Positions 45,947-55,384 of a stretch of DNA of 64,000 nucleotides are shown here, piece by piece (within the stretch, counting starts at the first letter, position 1; the number at the start of each line of letters is the position of its first letter). The position numbers were made by a program, and so were the translations under genes. The DNA lies in contig DAOMZH010000001.1 of assembly GCA_035437985.1 (NCBI GenBank), positions 11,575 to 75,574 of the forward strand, given 5' to 3'. This stretch comes from Polyangium sp. GTDB lineage: Bacteria; Myxococcota_A; Polyangia; Polyangiales; Polyangiaceae. The notes under the pieces were generated by a model. That model had not been told where the DNA came from, did no database searches, and saw nothing but the letters and a program-made list of their open reading frames with translations.

Positions 45947-47956
45947 ATGTCGACGCTCGAACTGACTTTGACTGGCGGTGAGACTCTTTCCGTACACGAT
46001 TTTTCCGTAAGTGAAGGGATTTCACAGATCTTCACGGTCAGTCTCATTGTGCGAGGCAAGAAGCCGGCTGTGGCGTTGCAATCCATCGTGGGGCAGCCCG
46101 CGTCGTTTTCTCTGGTTGCGGGATGGACGTTCGTGAAAAACATGGGTGCGCGCAGTTGGAAAGGTATGGTGAGTTATATCGAGCAAGTGCAGGCGCAGAC
46201 AGCAGAAGCTGGGCTCTCGACCTATACTTTGCACATCGTTCCCGAATTTTGGAAATTAACGCAGCGAATCAATCATCGCATTTTTCAGCACAAGAGCATT
46301 CCGGACATCATTGATGTGTTGCTCGGTGAATGGGGGCTCGCGCCCACGTGGGAGATCGACCGCGCGGCGTATCCATTGCTCGAAATCAGAATGCAATATG
46401 GGGAAACTGATTTTGATTTCGTGAGCCGTCTGCTAGAAGAAGCAGGAATTACGTATTCGTTTCCTGAACGCGGAGGTACGGGATCGGTACTGCTTTTGAG
46501 CGACAAGCTGCATGTGGGCACGCCGAGGACGCCGATTCCTTATGTCGACAATCCGAATCAAGCGTCACAAAAAGAATTCCTCACGCACGTGCGCTTGGGT
46601 CACGAAGTGCGGCCGGGGTCGCATGTATTGCGCGATTATGATTTCCGTAAACCCGCGTTCGTATTGTCAGGACAAGCTCCACCAGCTGCGGCGCCCGAGA
46701 ACCGTTACGAGCAATATCAATATGTTCCTGGGGGATTTCTCAAAGAAGGTTGCCCTGGTGGAGGTACGCCCATTGCCGATGACAAGGGGGTAGCTCGGCA
46801 CGACCAGAAGTTTGGAACGGATCGGGCGACGATCGGATTGCAATCGATTCGTGCGGACAAGAAACACGTGGCCTTTGAAACGAATACCGTAGATCTCTTT
46901 CCAGGGGCAATTTTTACCACGGAAAACCATCTGCATCCCGACTTGGCCGAGAGTGTGCAGCTTTTGGTGACGTCCTTTAGTTTGTCGGGAACGCCCGACG
47001 ATGAATGGGCAATGAGCGGAACAGCCGTATTTGTGAATGTCAGCGTGCCTTATCGATCGCCAATGAAGACGGCCAAGCCGCGCATTTACGGTGTGCAGAG
47101 CGCCACGGTGGTGGGCCCTCCCGGCCAAGAAATATACGTCGATGAATATGGTCGAATTCGCGTGCAATTTCCATGGGATCGCGAAGGAAAATTCGATTCG
47201 AATAGCTCGTGCTGGATGCGTGTGAGCCATGGCTGGGCGGGCACAGGATATGGAATGATCACTCACCCACGAGTTGGTCACGAAGTCCTCGTGACGTTTT
47301 TGGATGGGGATCCGGATCGCCCGATCGTGACGGGACGCGTTTACAACGAATTGCAGAAAGTGCCCTATACCTTGCCGACGGATATGACGGTGAGCACGTG
47401 GAAAAGCCAATCGTCGCCGGCGACTGGTGGATTCAATGAAATCAAATTCGAGGACAAGGCGGGTATGGAGCTCGTATATACCCAAGCCGAGCGCGATTTG
47501 AACAAGCTCGTCAAACGCGACGAAGTCGAGCGCACGCAGCGCAACAAGCTTTCGACCGTGGACGGCACCGAAGACAATGTCGTCAAGGGCGTGCGAAAAA
47601 CGCTTTTGGAATCAAGCGACCATTTGCACGTGAAAATGGATCAAAACGTCGGCGTGGATGGGTCGATGTCGCTCACGGTGAAGGTAAATCATCATGAAAA
47701 AGTGGGGATGGCGCATGCGGTAGATGCTGGGAAGGAGATTCATCTCAAGGCAGGAATGACCATGGTATTGGAAGCCGGGATGCGCCTCACCATCAAAGGA
47801 CCGGGTGGGTTCATCGATATTCATCCTGGAGGAATCGATATCGTAGGAATGCTCGTGAACATCAATAGCGGCGGTTCGGCAGGCTCGGGTTCAGGAGCGT
47901 CTCCGACTGCGCCAACCGACGCGTTGGAGGCAAATCCGAAGGACACACCGAGTTGA
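45947..47956 (+). CDS. vgrG: T6SS-type spike protein VgrG (complete, 669 aa)
   Basis: The N-terminal gpD-like region (LELTLTGGETLSVHDFSVSEGISQIFTVSL) is followed by HPRVGHEVLVTFLDGDPDRPIVTGRVYN, GGFNEIKFEDKAGMELV and a beta-helix tail. ATG 45947 is preferred to the TTG at 45908. Confidence 0.9.
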   Translation: MSTLELTLTGGETLSVHDFSVSEGISQIFTVSLIVRGKKPAVALQSIVGQPASFSLVAGWTFVKNMGARSWKGMVSYIEQVQAQTAEAGLSTYTLHIVPEFWKLTQRINHRIFQHKSIPDIIDVLLGEWGLAPTWEIDRAAYPLLEIRMQYGETDFDFVSRLLEEAGITYSFPERGGTGSVLLLSDKLHVGTPRTPIPYVDNPNQASQKEFLTHVRLGHEVRPGSHVLRDYDFRKPAFVLSGQAPPAAAPENRYEQYQYVPGGFLKEGCPGGGTPIADDKGVARHDQKFGTDRATIGLQSIRADKKHVAFETNTVDLFPGAIFTTENHLHPDLAESVQLLVTSFSLSGTPDDEWAMSGTAVFVNVSVPYRSPMKTAKPRIYGVQSATVVGPPGQEIYVDEYGRIRVQFPWDREGKFDSNSSCWMRVSHGWAGTGYGMITHPRVGHEVLVTFLDGDPDRPIVTGRVYNELQKVPYTLPTDMTVSTWKSQSSPATGGFNEIKFEDKAGMELVYTQAERDLNKLVKRDEVERTQRNKLSTVDGTEDNVVKGVRKTLLESSDHLHVKMDQNVGVDGSMSLTVKVNHHEKVGMAHAVDAGKEIHLKAGMTMVLEAGMRLTIKGPGGFIDIHPGGIDIVGMLVNINSGGSAGSGSGASPTAPTDALEANPKDTPS

Positions 47957-47990
47957 ACATAGAGAAATCGGAAAGGCGGTTTTCGTAGCC

Positions 47991-48761
47991 ATGCCCGAAC
48001 GAGTCAAACGCTCGAACTTGTCGAGACACCCATTCACGATTGAATCTCCGGGCGGTTATCCGCACAATCCCGGTCCAGTCGTCGTGCACGATCCTGCTGT
48101 TCGGGTGCGCCAAACCCTCACGAAAAGAGCAAACAACAACCAATATCGAGTTACACTGACGCGTGACGATAATGGCGATACGGTCTATCTTCCGTACCAA
48201 CCGGAACAAATTCACTCTATCGAGTTGCCAGCCGCACCAGCGAATGGGGTCCGGAATTTTTTGACCGCAAATTTGACTGGTTGTTGGATCTTCATCGAAC
48301 TCAAGGCGAATCGTAACATCGTCGTTTATCATGCCAATCGTTCCGCGGGAGTTTCGCCGACCGATGAGCAAAGCGCGACGGACCCGATGTTTCAGACAGA
48401 AGCAGCTCGACTAGGATTGCTCGATTTGTACCGACAAACGGCGCCGAATGCAGCATCGCATTGGGAGGTTCTTCGAAAGCGCGATTATATGCGCAGAGTC
48501 GCGGAGAAGCTCGACCATAAAGCCGCACTCGGGCGAACGGGCGTCACATATGCGCGGCCGGAACAAATGTGTCAAACAACGGTGGCGGGGTTTTTTCGGG
48601 GTGGTCGGTGGGAATTCTGGTACCAAACGTATGGCCAATTTTATTACCGACGGCCGCCTGATCATCGGCTGTCACGAAGAGGACAGGAAACAGTGAATCC
48701 GGCTTATATAAATGACGATCACGAAATCCTCGAAGCCCGCCTTTTTTATCCGGCGCCGTGA
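47991..48761 (+). CDS. VgrG-linked hypothetical protein; candidate CNF1/BLF1-like Cys-His deamidase effector
   Basis: Starts 34 nt after the vgrG stop. NLTGCWIFIELKANRNIVVYHAN has Cys98 (48282-48284) and His114 (48330-48332) spaced as in the LSGC...H catalytic dyad of CNF1-type deamidases. Confidence 0.45.
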   Translation: MPERVKRSNLSRHPFTIESPGGYPHNPGPVVVHDPAVRVRQTLTKRANNNQYRVTLTRDDNGDTVYLPYQPEQIHSIELPAAPANGVRNFLTANLTGCWIFIELKANRNIVVYHANRSAGVSPTDEQSATDPMFQTEAARLGLLDLYRQTAPNAASHWEVLRKRDYMRRVAEKLDHKAALGRTGVTYARPEQMCQTTVAGFFRGGRWEFWYQTYGQFYYRRPPDHRLSRRGQETVNPAYINDDHEILEARLFYPAP

Positions 48762-48897
48762 CTCGCCGATACGTGATCTTCCTGGTCCCATACGTTTTTT
48801 CGTGAAACTCGCGATCGACCGGGAGCGGAAAAAGGTTTTTCTTAGTGAAACGAATCTGTTGGTTCGATTGTCGTTCATTACCATACGAGGTGGAAAG

Positions 48898-50370
48898 ATG
48901 CGTAGTTTACTAGGGTTTGTCGTTGTCTCGATGATGGCCATTGGATGTGATCCCGAACCTACGACCCCGGGTACGTCGTCCAGTTCGAGCAGTTCGAGTG
49001 GTTCTGCCGGGGAAGGCGGAATGGGGGCCGCCGGGGGAATGGGTGTTGGTGGCGCCAGTGGAGGAATGGGCGGAACGGGAGGAATGGGCGGAGCAGGAGG
49101 CACAGGAGGAGCGTTCGATCCGAATGGCGGATTTACCGATACCGAAATTGCGCAAATGCAGACGCTTTCGCCATTACCTGCCGTGCCTCCCGACCCCACG
49201 AACAAATACGCCGACAATATGAATGCGGCGATGTTGGGGCAAATGTTATTTCACGACAAGAGCTACAGCGGGGCGCTCGTCGTGGGGGATGACGGCACGA
49301 ATGGTGGGCTCGGCGCTGTTGGAGATACGGGCAAAGTCTCGTGCAAGAGTTGTCATAGCGGCGAGGGGCTCGATGATCAGCGCAGCATGCCAAACAATGT
49401 TTCCTTGGGTATCGATTACGGCACTCGTAATGCGTTGGAAATTACGAATTCGGCGTTTTATGCGTGGACGAATTGGGGTGGTCGATTCGATTCGCAATGG
49501 TCGTTGCCGCTCGCGGTTGCCGAGAATCCGCGCACGATGAAAAGCACGCGATTGCAGGTGGTGCACATGCTCTGGAACAAATATCGCACCGAATACGATG
49601 CCATTTTCCCCGTGCCGCTCGATGCGGCGCTAGACCCGATGGCCGCGGATGCCGCGCGTTTCCCGCCCGCGGGCAAACCCAAAGCCATGCCGGCGGATCC
49701 TGATGGCCCGTGGGAAATGATGACCGCGGCCGATCGCACCATCGCCAATACGATTTTTGCCAATTACGGCAAGGCTATTCAGGCGTATCAACGATTACTC
49801 GTGAGTCGTGATGCGCCGTTCGATAAATTCGTCGCTGGCGATAAAACAGCATTGAGCGAGAGCGCAAAACGAGGGCTCAAGGTATTTCTGGGCAAAGGTG
49901 GATGCGTGGCCTGTCATTCTGGGCCGCATTTCGCGGACGACCAATTCCACGCGCTCGGCGTTCCGCAGATGGGAAATCACGTGCCGGGTGTGGATTTGGG
50001 GCGAAATGCTGACGTTCCAGCGCTATTGGCGAGTGTGTTCAATACGGCCGGCGCCTTTAGCGATGATCCGACGACGGGGAAATTGACGGGTTTGTCCCAG
50101 GTCAATGAGCAGAAAGGGCAATTCCGGACGAAGGGTCTTCGCGGCGTGGCGTTGTCGTCGGCGTACATGCATGCGGGGCAATTCGCGACGCTGGATGATG
50201 TGGTCGCATTTTATGATGCAGGCGGGGGAATGGTCACGGATGTCGTCACGGATCCTTTGATGAAGCCGCTGGGCCTCACCGTGCAAGAAAAGACCGATCT
50301 CGTCGAGTTCATGAAATCGCTCACGGGTGCCCCGGTGCCTGCGCCATTGCTCATGGATACCTCGAAATAG
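48898..50370 (+). CDS. Di-haem cytochrome c peroxidase (CCP/MauG family) lipoprotein
   Basis: Signal/lipobox MMAIGC, Ser- and Gly-rich linker, and two haem motifs CKSCH and CVACH with HFADDQFHALGVPQ. GAGGTGGAAAG precedes ATG 48898. Confidence 0.85.
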   Translation: MRSLLGFVVVSMMAIGCDPEPTTPGTSSSSSSSSGSAGEGGMGAAGGMGVGGASGGMGGTGGMGGAGGTGGAFDPNGGFTDTEIAQMQTLSPLPAVPPDPTNKYADNMNAAMLGQMLFHDKSYSGALVVGDDGTNGGLGAVGDTGKVSCKSCHSGEGLDDQRSMPNNVSLGIDYGTRNALEITNSAFYAWTNWGGRFDSQWSLPLAVAENPRTMKSTRLQVVHMLWNKYRTEYDAIFPVPLDAALDPMAADAARFPPAGKPKAMPADPDGPWEMMTAADRTIANTIFANYGKAIQAYQRLLVSRDAPFDKFVAGDKTALSESAKRGLKVFLGKGGCVACHSGPHFADDQFHALGVPQMGNHVPGVDLGRNADVPALLASVFNTAGAFSDDPTTGKLTGLSQVNEQKGQFRTKGLRGVALSSAYMHAGQFATLDDVVAFYDAGGGMVTDVVTDPLMKPLGLTVQEKTDLVEFMKSLTGAPVPAPLLMDTSK

Positions 50371-50526
50371 GGCGCAATGCCCAATGCCCATCACCTGCTG
50401 AGTTCTCTCGTCTGCCAAACTTGGCGCTCTGGGTGTTCTATTTGGACGAACATCTGGTTTTACATTCTGTAAAAATTCTTCGTTTACCTGTTGCCTTCGC
50501 GCCGGCCGTGTGTTAGGGTCGCATTC

Positions 50527-51441
50527 ATGGATGGTGCAATCCACACCGAGTCCGAGAACGGTCGGCCGCTTGTACGAACGGGTCCTATCGAGTTGCGCGA
50601 CGTGGGTCCGAATGGACGACCGCTGGGCACGCCTGACGATTGTTGTGACGACAGCCCGTGGGAGCTCCACCGCGGCGAGTTGGTGGAGAGGTTGATGGCC
50701 TACGACATTCACGCGCTTGTCATCGCGGTATTGAGTGCACTTTTCGGCGTGCATGCTCGCGATAACTATACGGCGATGGCCGACATCGATTGCGTACTCG
50801 ATGATGAGTTTGGGGAGTCGCGTCGCGCTCCGGACGTAGCGATCGTGCACGATTTGAAACCGAAGAACGAAGCCTATCGCGGCACACCTGTGTTGGCAGT
50901 GGAAGTGCGCGCATCGCAGTCGAAGAAATACCTCGAGGAAAAAGTAAAGCTGTATTTGGAGCATGACTGGCCGATCGTTTGGATAGTACACACGGAAAGA
51001 CGCGAAGTGGAGGTGTTGCAGAAGGGCCTTGCTTCCGTCGTGTATCGTCCAGGGGCTAGCGTCCCGTTGCTCCCCGTGCTTGACAAATACGGTTTGTCCC
51101 ACGTGCCGGTCGACGCATTTTTTGATCGGGCAGAAGCGTCAAAGTATATCGAGAGTTGGGTCCAAGCGAAGGGTCGTGCGAGCGGCTTTGCAGATGGTCG
51201 CGCAAGTGGACTTGCAGATGGTCGCGCAAGTGGACTTGCAGATGGTCGCGCAAGTGGACTTGCAGATGGTCGCGCAAAAGAACGTGCCAACGCCGTGCTC
51301 GACATCTTGACCGCTCGACGTTTCGACATCTCTGCCGAGCTTCGCGAACGAATCCTTTCCTGCAACGACCTCGATACGCTTCAATGTTGGTTCACGCAGG
51401 CCCTGACGGCGACAAACGTCAACGAGTTAATCTTCACTTGA
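50527..51441 (+). CDS. Uma2 (DUF820) PD-(D/E)XK nuclease-like protein with repeat linker and DUF4351-like C-terminal tail
   Basis: RAPDVAIV...TPVLAVEVRASQSKKYLEEKVKLYLEHDWPIVWIV is the Uma2 core. The C-terminus ANAVLDILTARRFDISAELRERILSCNDLDTLQCWFTQAL is DUF4351-like. Start is uncertain (50491 or 50527). Confidence 0.7.
   Translation: MDGAIHTESENGRPLVRTGPIELRDVGPNGRPLGTPDDCCDDSPWELHRGELVERLMAYDIHALVIAVLSALFGVHARDNYTAMADIDCVLDDEFGESRRAPDVAIVHDLKPKNEAYRGTPVLAVEVRASQSKKYLEEKVKLYLEHDWPIVWIVHTERREVEVLQKGLASVVYRPGASVPLLPVLDKYGLSHVPVDAFFDRAEASKYIESWVQAKGRASGFADGRASGLADGRASGLADGRASGLADGRAKERANAVLDILTARRFDISAELRERILSCNDLDTLQCWFTQALTATNVNELIFT
51172..51276 (+). repeat. 4.4 x 24-nt perfect/near-perfect in-frame tandem repeat (GRASGLAD)n
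   Basis: ggtcgtgcgagcggctttgcagat is followed by 3 identical copies of ggtcgcgcaagtggacttgcagat and a partial copy. Confidence 0.95.
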
Positions 51442-52791
51442 CCGCACCCCAAGTCGTGCCGCGAGTCGTTGCAAAAATCGCCGGCTCACCCCCGCGAGTT
51501 CCGCAGCTCGCGTTACATTGCCCCCAGTCTTTTGCAACATCGCCCGCAAATACACATCCTCGAACCGCTCAGTCCATGCTTGCCGCGCTTCTTTGAGCGG
51601 CAAATGCAAGGGTATCAATTCGTCAAACGAGGGGCGATGCGCCAATTCAACCGAATCGGGCTCGATGTCTGGCGCTCGTGATGCATGCGTCGGAACAAAC
51701 CCCAGAGAAACGCTCCGCTCGATGAAGTTTTTTAATTCGCGCACGTTCCCGGGAAAACCTCGCGACGATAAAGATCGCAAAAAATCTGCTGGTAAAGGAC
51801 CCGTACCAGGCGACAAACGATTGAAAAAATGCTGGGCCAAAAGGGGAATGTCTTCGGGCCGTTCTCGTAATGCGGGGAGGGTGACGACGACGACCGCCAA
51901 TCGATAATAAAGATCCTCGCGAAATCGACCTTCGTTCACACCTGCTGCCAAATCGCGATTCGTAGCCGCGATGATTCGCACATTGACGGGTTTGGCGACA
52001 TTACCCCCAACGCGACGTATGGTCCGGGATTCGATCGCTCGCAAGAGTTTGGGCTGCAATGCCACGGGAATCTCGCCAATTTCATCGAGAAATAACGTGC
52101 CCCCCTCGGCCTCTTCGAATACGCCTTTACGATCCGAAATCGCCCCGCTGAAGGCCCCTCGCACGTGCCCGAACAGCTCACTCTCGAATAGATTTTCCGG
52201 AATGGCTCCGCAATCGATGGGGACGAACGGTCCTGATTTGCGCCGGGAAGCTTCATGCAGAGACCGGGCGACGACATCTTTTCCGGTGCCCGTTTCTCCT
52301 TCGATGAGCAACGTCGTATCCGTTTGCGCCACACGTTCCAAAATTGCGTATACCCGACGCATCGGCAAACTCTGCCCAATGATTTCGCCAAATGCCGAAC
52401 GATCCGATATCTCCACGAATGCTGGCGTATTCGACGCCTCGATACGAAGCGAAGTTTGTCCGACACGCACCAATGTGCCGATCGGCACGTCTGCATCCCG
52501 AATGCGTGCACCGCCCACGAACGTACCATTCGTGCTTCCATGGTCGCGCAACGTAATCGTGTCCGTGCGTAAGCGCAGCTCGCAATGTACGCGCGAAACA
52601 GTCGGATCCGTCAATTCGATATCCGAACCTTTGGCGCTTCCAATCTTCGCCATACCCCCGCGAACCGTCGCCCGCAGCCCCCGGTCTTTTCCCTCCACCA
52701 CGACCAATTCAATCGAAGGAATCCGCATGGACGGGCGTGGCGCCGGTACTCGCGTGGTGGCGCTGTTTTCAAAATCGTCGAAGTCGCTCAT
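51427..52791 (-). CDS. Sigma-54-dependent transcriptional activator with N-terminal FHA domain
   Basis: FHA: KIGSAKGSDIELTDPTVSRVHCEL...DHGSTNGTFV. AAA+: GETGTGKD, GAFSGA, LFLDEIGE, RIIAATNRD. C-terminal Fis-type HTH GGNVTRAAELAGVSRRFL. Confidence 0.9.
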   Translation of the reverse strand: MSDFDDFENSATTRVPAPRPSMRIPSIELVVVEGKDRGLRATVRGGMAKIGSAKGSDIELTDPTVSRVHCELRLRTDTITLRDHGSTNGTFVGGARIRDADVPIGTLVRVGQTSLRIEASNTPAFVEISDRSAFGEIIGQSLPMRRVYAILERVAQTDTTLLIEGETGTGKDVVARSLHEASRRKSGPFVPIDCGAIPENLFESELFGHVRGAFSGAISDRKGVFEEAEGGTLFLDEIGEIPVALQPKLLRAIESRTIRRVGGNVAKPVNVRIIAATNRDLAAGVNEGRFREDLYYRLAVVVVTLPALRERPEDIPLLAQHFFNRLSPGTGPLPADFLRSLSSRGFPGNVRELKNFIERSVSLGFVPTHASRAPDIEPDSVELAHRPSFDELIPLHLPLKEARQAWTERFEDVYLRAMLQKTGGNVTRAAELAGVSRRFLQRLAARLGVRSSED

Positions 52792-52794
52792 GCT

Positions 52795-54297
52795 TCAAGG
52801 CCCATAAGGATTGGGAGGCAATTTGCGCGTTTTGACTTTGGTCGATGACGTGGTCGAACTCTTGGCGCTTGGCGTTTTCGTCGTATTCGCAGCCGTTGTG
52901 GCAATCGCCGAGGTCGTGGCAATCGGTGCAAGTGTCTCGATTGTCGCCGTCGGAGTTGCCGCCGTCGTCTCCGTGTTTGTCGAAGGACTCGTCGACGAAC
53001 TCGACGGGGTCGAAGCTGGAGCTGCCGATTCTGCAGGCATTGATGCGTGTGGCGTCGAATTCGTTGACGAAATGACGATGAAGAGGAGCAACAACGTCAA
53101 CGCCAGCGCTGCGAACAGCCCCAGAACCAACTTTCGCGAAGGCACATGGGCTACCGCTGGGCTCGTCATGGTCGGCGCGGCAATGGCCTCGCTCATGACC
53201 GGCGGAGGCGCTGCTGGTGCGCGTTTGGCGGGCTCGTATTTTCGCGTCGTTCCTTCGTCCTCGACCAATTGCAAATCATCGCCCAATTCTGTAGACTCGA
53301 GAGCCATTTGCGCTGCGCGCACGTCTTGGCGGCGTTTTTCGAGTTTTTCTCCCACGGTCTCGCGTACTTCCCGACCAACCTCGGCATGGGAACCAATGAG
53401 CCCCATGGTGCGTGCCGCGTCTTCGAGCGCCGTAGCGAAAGAATTCGCCGTTTGGTAACGTTTTTCGGGTAGTTTCGCCAGCGCTTTTTCCAGCACACCG
53501 TCGAGCGGCCCGGCCAATTCAGGGATTTCTTCACTCAATCGTGGCGGGTCTTGATGCAAAAGCCGATCGAGACCGTCAGCGTCGTTGGCACCTTTGAAAA
53601 GCCTGCGTCCCGCGAGCGCTTCCCATAACACGACGCCCATTCCAAATACGTCGATTCGAGCATCGGGACGAATTCCGCGAATGTATTCAGGCGCGAGGTA
53701 CCCGATTTTGCCTTTTAATGTCCCTTGGGTCGTGGGCGTGTACGCGCCGTATTCGGCCATTGCAATGCCAAAATCCGTCACTCGTGCGACCCCATCGACA
53801 CCGACCAAAATGTTTTGCGGGGAAATGTCCCGATGGACCAAACCCAGCGGAATTCCATCTCCATCCGCCACCTCGTGCACCGCCGACAAACCTGCGAGCG
53901 CGTCGAGCACCACACGAATCGCCACGCCCGGCGACAAACGTTTGCCCGCGCGCCCCGTGACCGCCATGAGCTGCCCAAGCGACGCGCCCTCGACGTAATC
54001 CATGATGAGCTGAATCGAATCGCCCACGACTTCGATATCCCGAACATCCACGACATTCGCATGCCGAATTTGTGCCGCCACCCGTGCTTCTTCGAGCAGC
54101 GAATGACGAAACGATTCATCCTCCAGCAAGTGCTCGTGGGGACGCTTGATCGCGACGAGTTGCGAGAACCCCAAAGGGCCACGCAGCGTTCCAACAAATA
54201 CCGTAGCCATCCCGCCCGAGGCAACCTTCACGAGAGGCACATATCGCGCCTCCACGGCACGTAGCGACGACGGAGAGGCAAACGGAAGGTTCGTCAC
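52795..54297 (-). CDS. Ser/Thr protein kinase with C-terminal TM segment and Ser/Thr-rich tail
   Basis: GGMATVF, VAIKRP, HRDISPQNILV, DFGIA, APEY. TM segment LVLGLFAALALTLLLLFIVI. Ends 3 nt before the FHA-activator start. Confidence 0.9.
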   Translation of the reverse strand: MTNLPFASPSSLRAVEARYVPLVKVASGGMATVFVGTLRGPLGFSQLVAIKRPHEHLLEDESFRHSLLEEARVAAQIRHANVVDVRDIEVVGDSIQLIMDYVEGASLGQLMAVTGRAGKRLSPGVAIRVVLDALAGLSAVHEVADGDGIPLGLVHRDISPQNILVGVDGVARVTDFGIAMAEYGAYTPTTQGTLKGKIGYLAPEYIRGIRPDARIDVFGMGVVLWEALAGRRLFKGANDADGLDRLLHQDPPRLSEEIPELAGPLDGVLEKALAKLPEKRYQTANSFATALEDAARTMGLIGSHAEVGREVRETVGEKLEKRRQDVRAAQMALESTELGDDLQLVEDEGTTRKYEPAKRAPAAPPPVMSEAIAAPTMTSPAVAHVPSRKLVLGLFAALALTLLLLFIVISSTNSTPHASMPAESAAPASTPSSSSTSPSTNTETTAATPTATIETLAPIATTSAIATTAANTTKTPSAKSSTTSSTKVKTRKLPPNPYGP

Positions 54298-55250
54298 GGC
54301 AAAACAACAACGATACGCGCGAACGCACCGTCTTTTCGAGGTTCTACGGATATTCCAGAAACGGTTGCTGCACGCGAGTTTTTCTTGGTGAATGTCGCGA
54401 TACCAATAATGACCGTCGTCAGTCCCAATACACCGGTCAATCCGGCAAGCAGATTCGTGCGCGCTTGGGCGCTTTGCCCGTCATTGGCCAATTGCGCACA
54501 CATCGATGCAGGTCCTGGTTCTGCACACCGAGCTTCCACGAATGCATCGTGTCTTTCTTTCGTCCCCGCACCCAAAATACTCGTCCCCACACCCGCCGCG
54601 ACCGTCGCAGCCAAGCCTGCGACAAACCACACTGCGGACGAACCCGACCCGGACCCTTGCGCGGAAGCTTGTTCAGGACCATTCACCGTCGTGAGGCCCC
54701 TTGGCTCCACGTTGATGTCCCGCTGCTCCGTCGCTGCTCCTCGAGATACGATCAGCCGATGTTTGCCCGTGGGCACAAAACGCTCGTTGCCTACGGCAAT
54801 CGCTTCGCCATCGAACGTCGCTTGGCAGGGCGTGGTACCCGAACAGATCACCAGCAGCCGCCCTGTGCGTCCCGAAAAACGCTTTCGCACAGTCTCGACG
54901 ACTTGCGCAGTTTCCCCAGATTCGTTCCGTTTGTCCGCGCGCGCAACCAGCTCCATTCCCAGCACCGCAGCGTCCGCATCGAGCGCCGCTTCAAGGGCCG
55001 CTTTTAACGTGACCGAGTTGGGTGCGAGCTCGTCCGCAAGCGCCAACTCACGCGCCGCTGTGCCGTAATCTCCACGTTCGTTGGCTTCGTTTGCCCGCGT
55101 ATACGCCGCCCGCGCTTTCTGTTTGTCCTCGGCAGATGGTTCGGCATGAGCCGCTGTTACCGTCAAAACGCTCGCAACGACAACGAGGATCGCCATCTTG
55201 TGGCCGCACGCGCTTTTCGGTGTACGCGTGAAAGACTTCAAATCCCGCAT
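54294..55250 (-). CDS. Secreted/membrane-anchored hypothetical protein, first gene of the kinase operon
   Basis: Signal-like KMAILVVVASVLTVTAAHA, a TPR-like helix pair, and two C-terminal hydrophobic segments. The stop overlaps the kinase start by 4 nt. Start is uncertain (55250 or 55196). Confidence 0.55.
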   Translation of the reverse strand: MRDLKSFTRTPKSACGHKMAILVVVASVLTVTAAHAEPSAEDKQKARAAYTRANEANERGDYGTAARELALADELAPNSVTLKAALEAALDADAAVLGMELVARADKRNESGETAQVVETVRKRFSGRTGRLLVICSGTTPCQATFDGEAIAVGNERFVPTGKHRLIVSRGAATEQRDINVEPRGLTTVNGPEQASAQGSGSGSSAVWFVAGLAATVAAGVGTSILGAGTKERHDAFVEARCAEPGPASMCAQLANDGQSAQARTNLLAGLTGVLGLTTVIIGIATFTKKNSRAATVSGISVEPRKDGAFARIVVVLP

Positions 55251-55384
55251 GAACCTTCCACCATGACTCACGACGACCCGGAGAACTTGGCGCGACCGAC
55301 GATGCACGTTAACATGTCTTCGTCACCTTGCCTCGAATGTACTTCCATCCCCAACGATTTTCCTGCTTTTCGATCCCGATTGGC

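Noticed and set aside
50023-51102. 359-aa minus-strand ORF spanning the peroxidase 3' end and the Uma2 gene
   Set aside because: It crosses an intergenic region, is antisense to two genes with clear motifs (CxxCH haem sites and the Uma2 core), and its product is Arg/His-rich with no motifs.
51172-51276. Possible CRISPR array
   Set aside because: The 24-nt units are directly adjacent with no spacers, are in frame within a CDS, and no cas genes are present. It is a coding tandem repeat.
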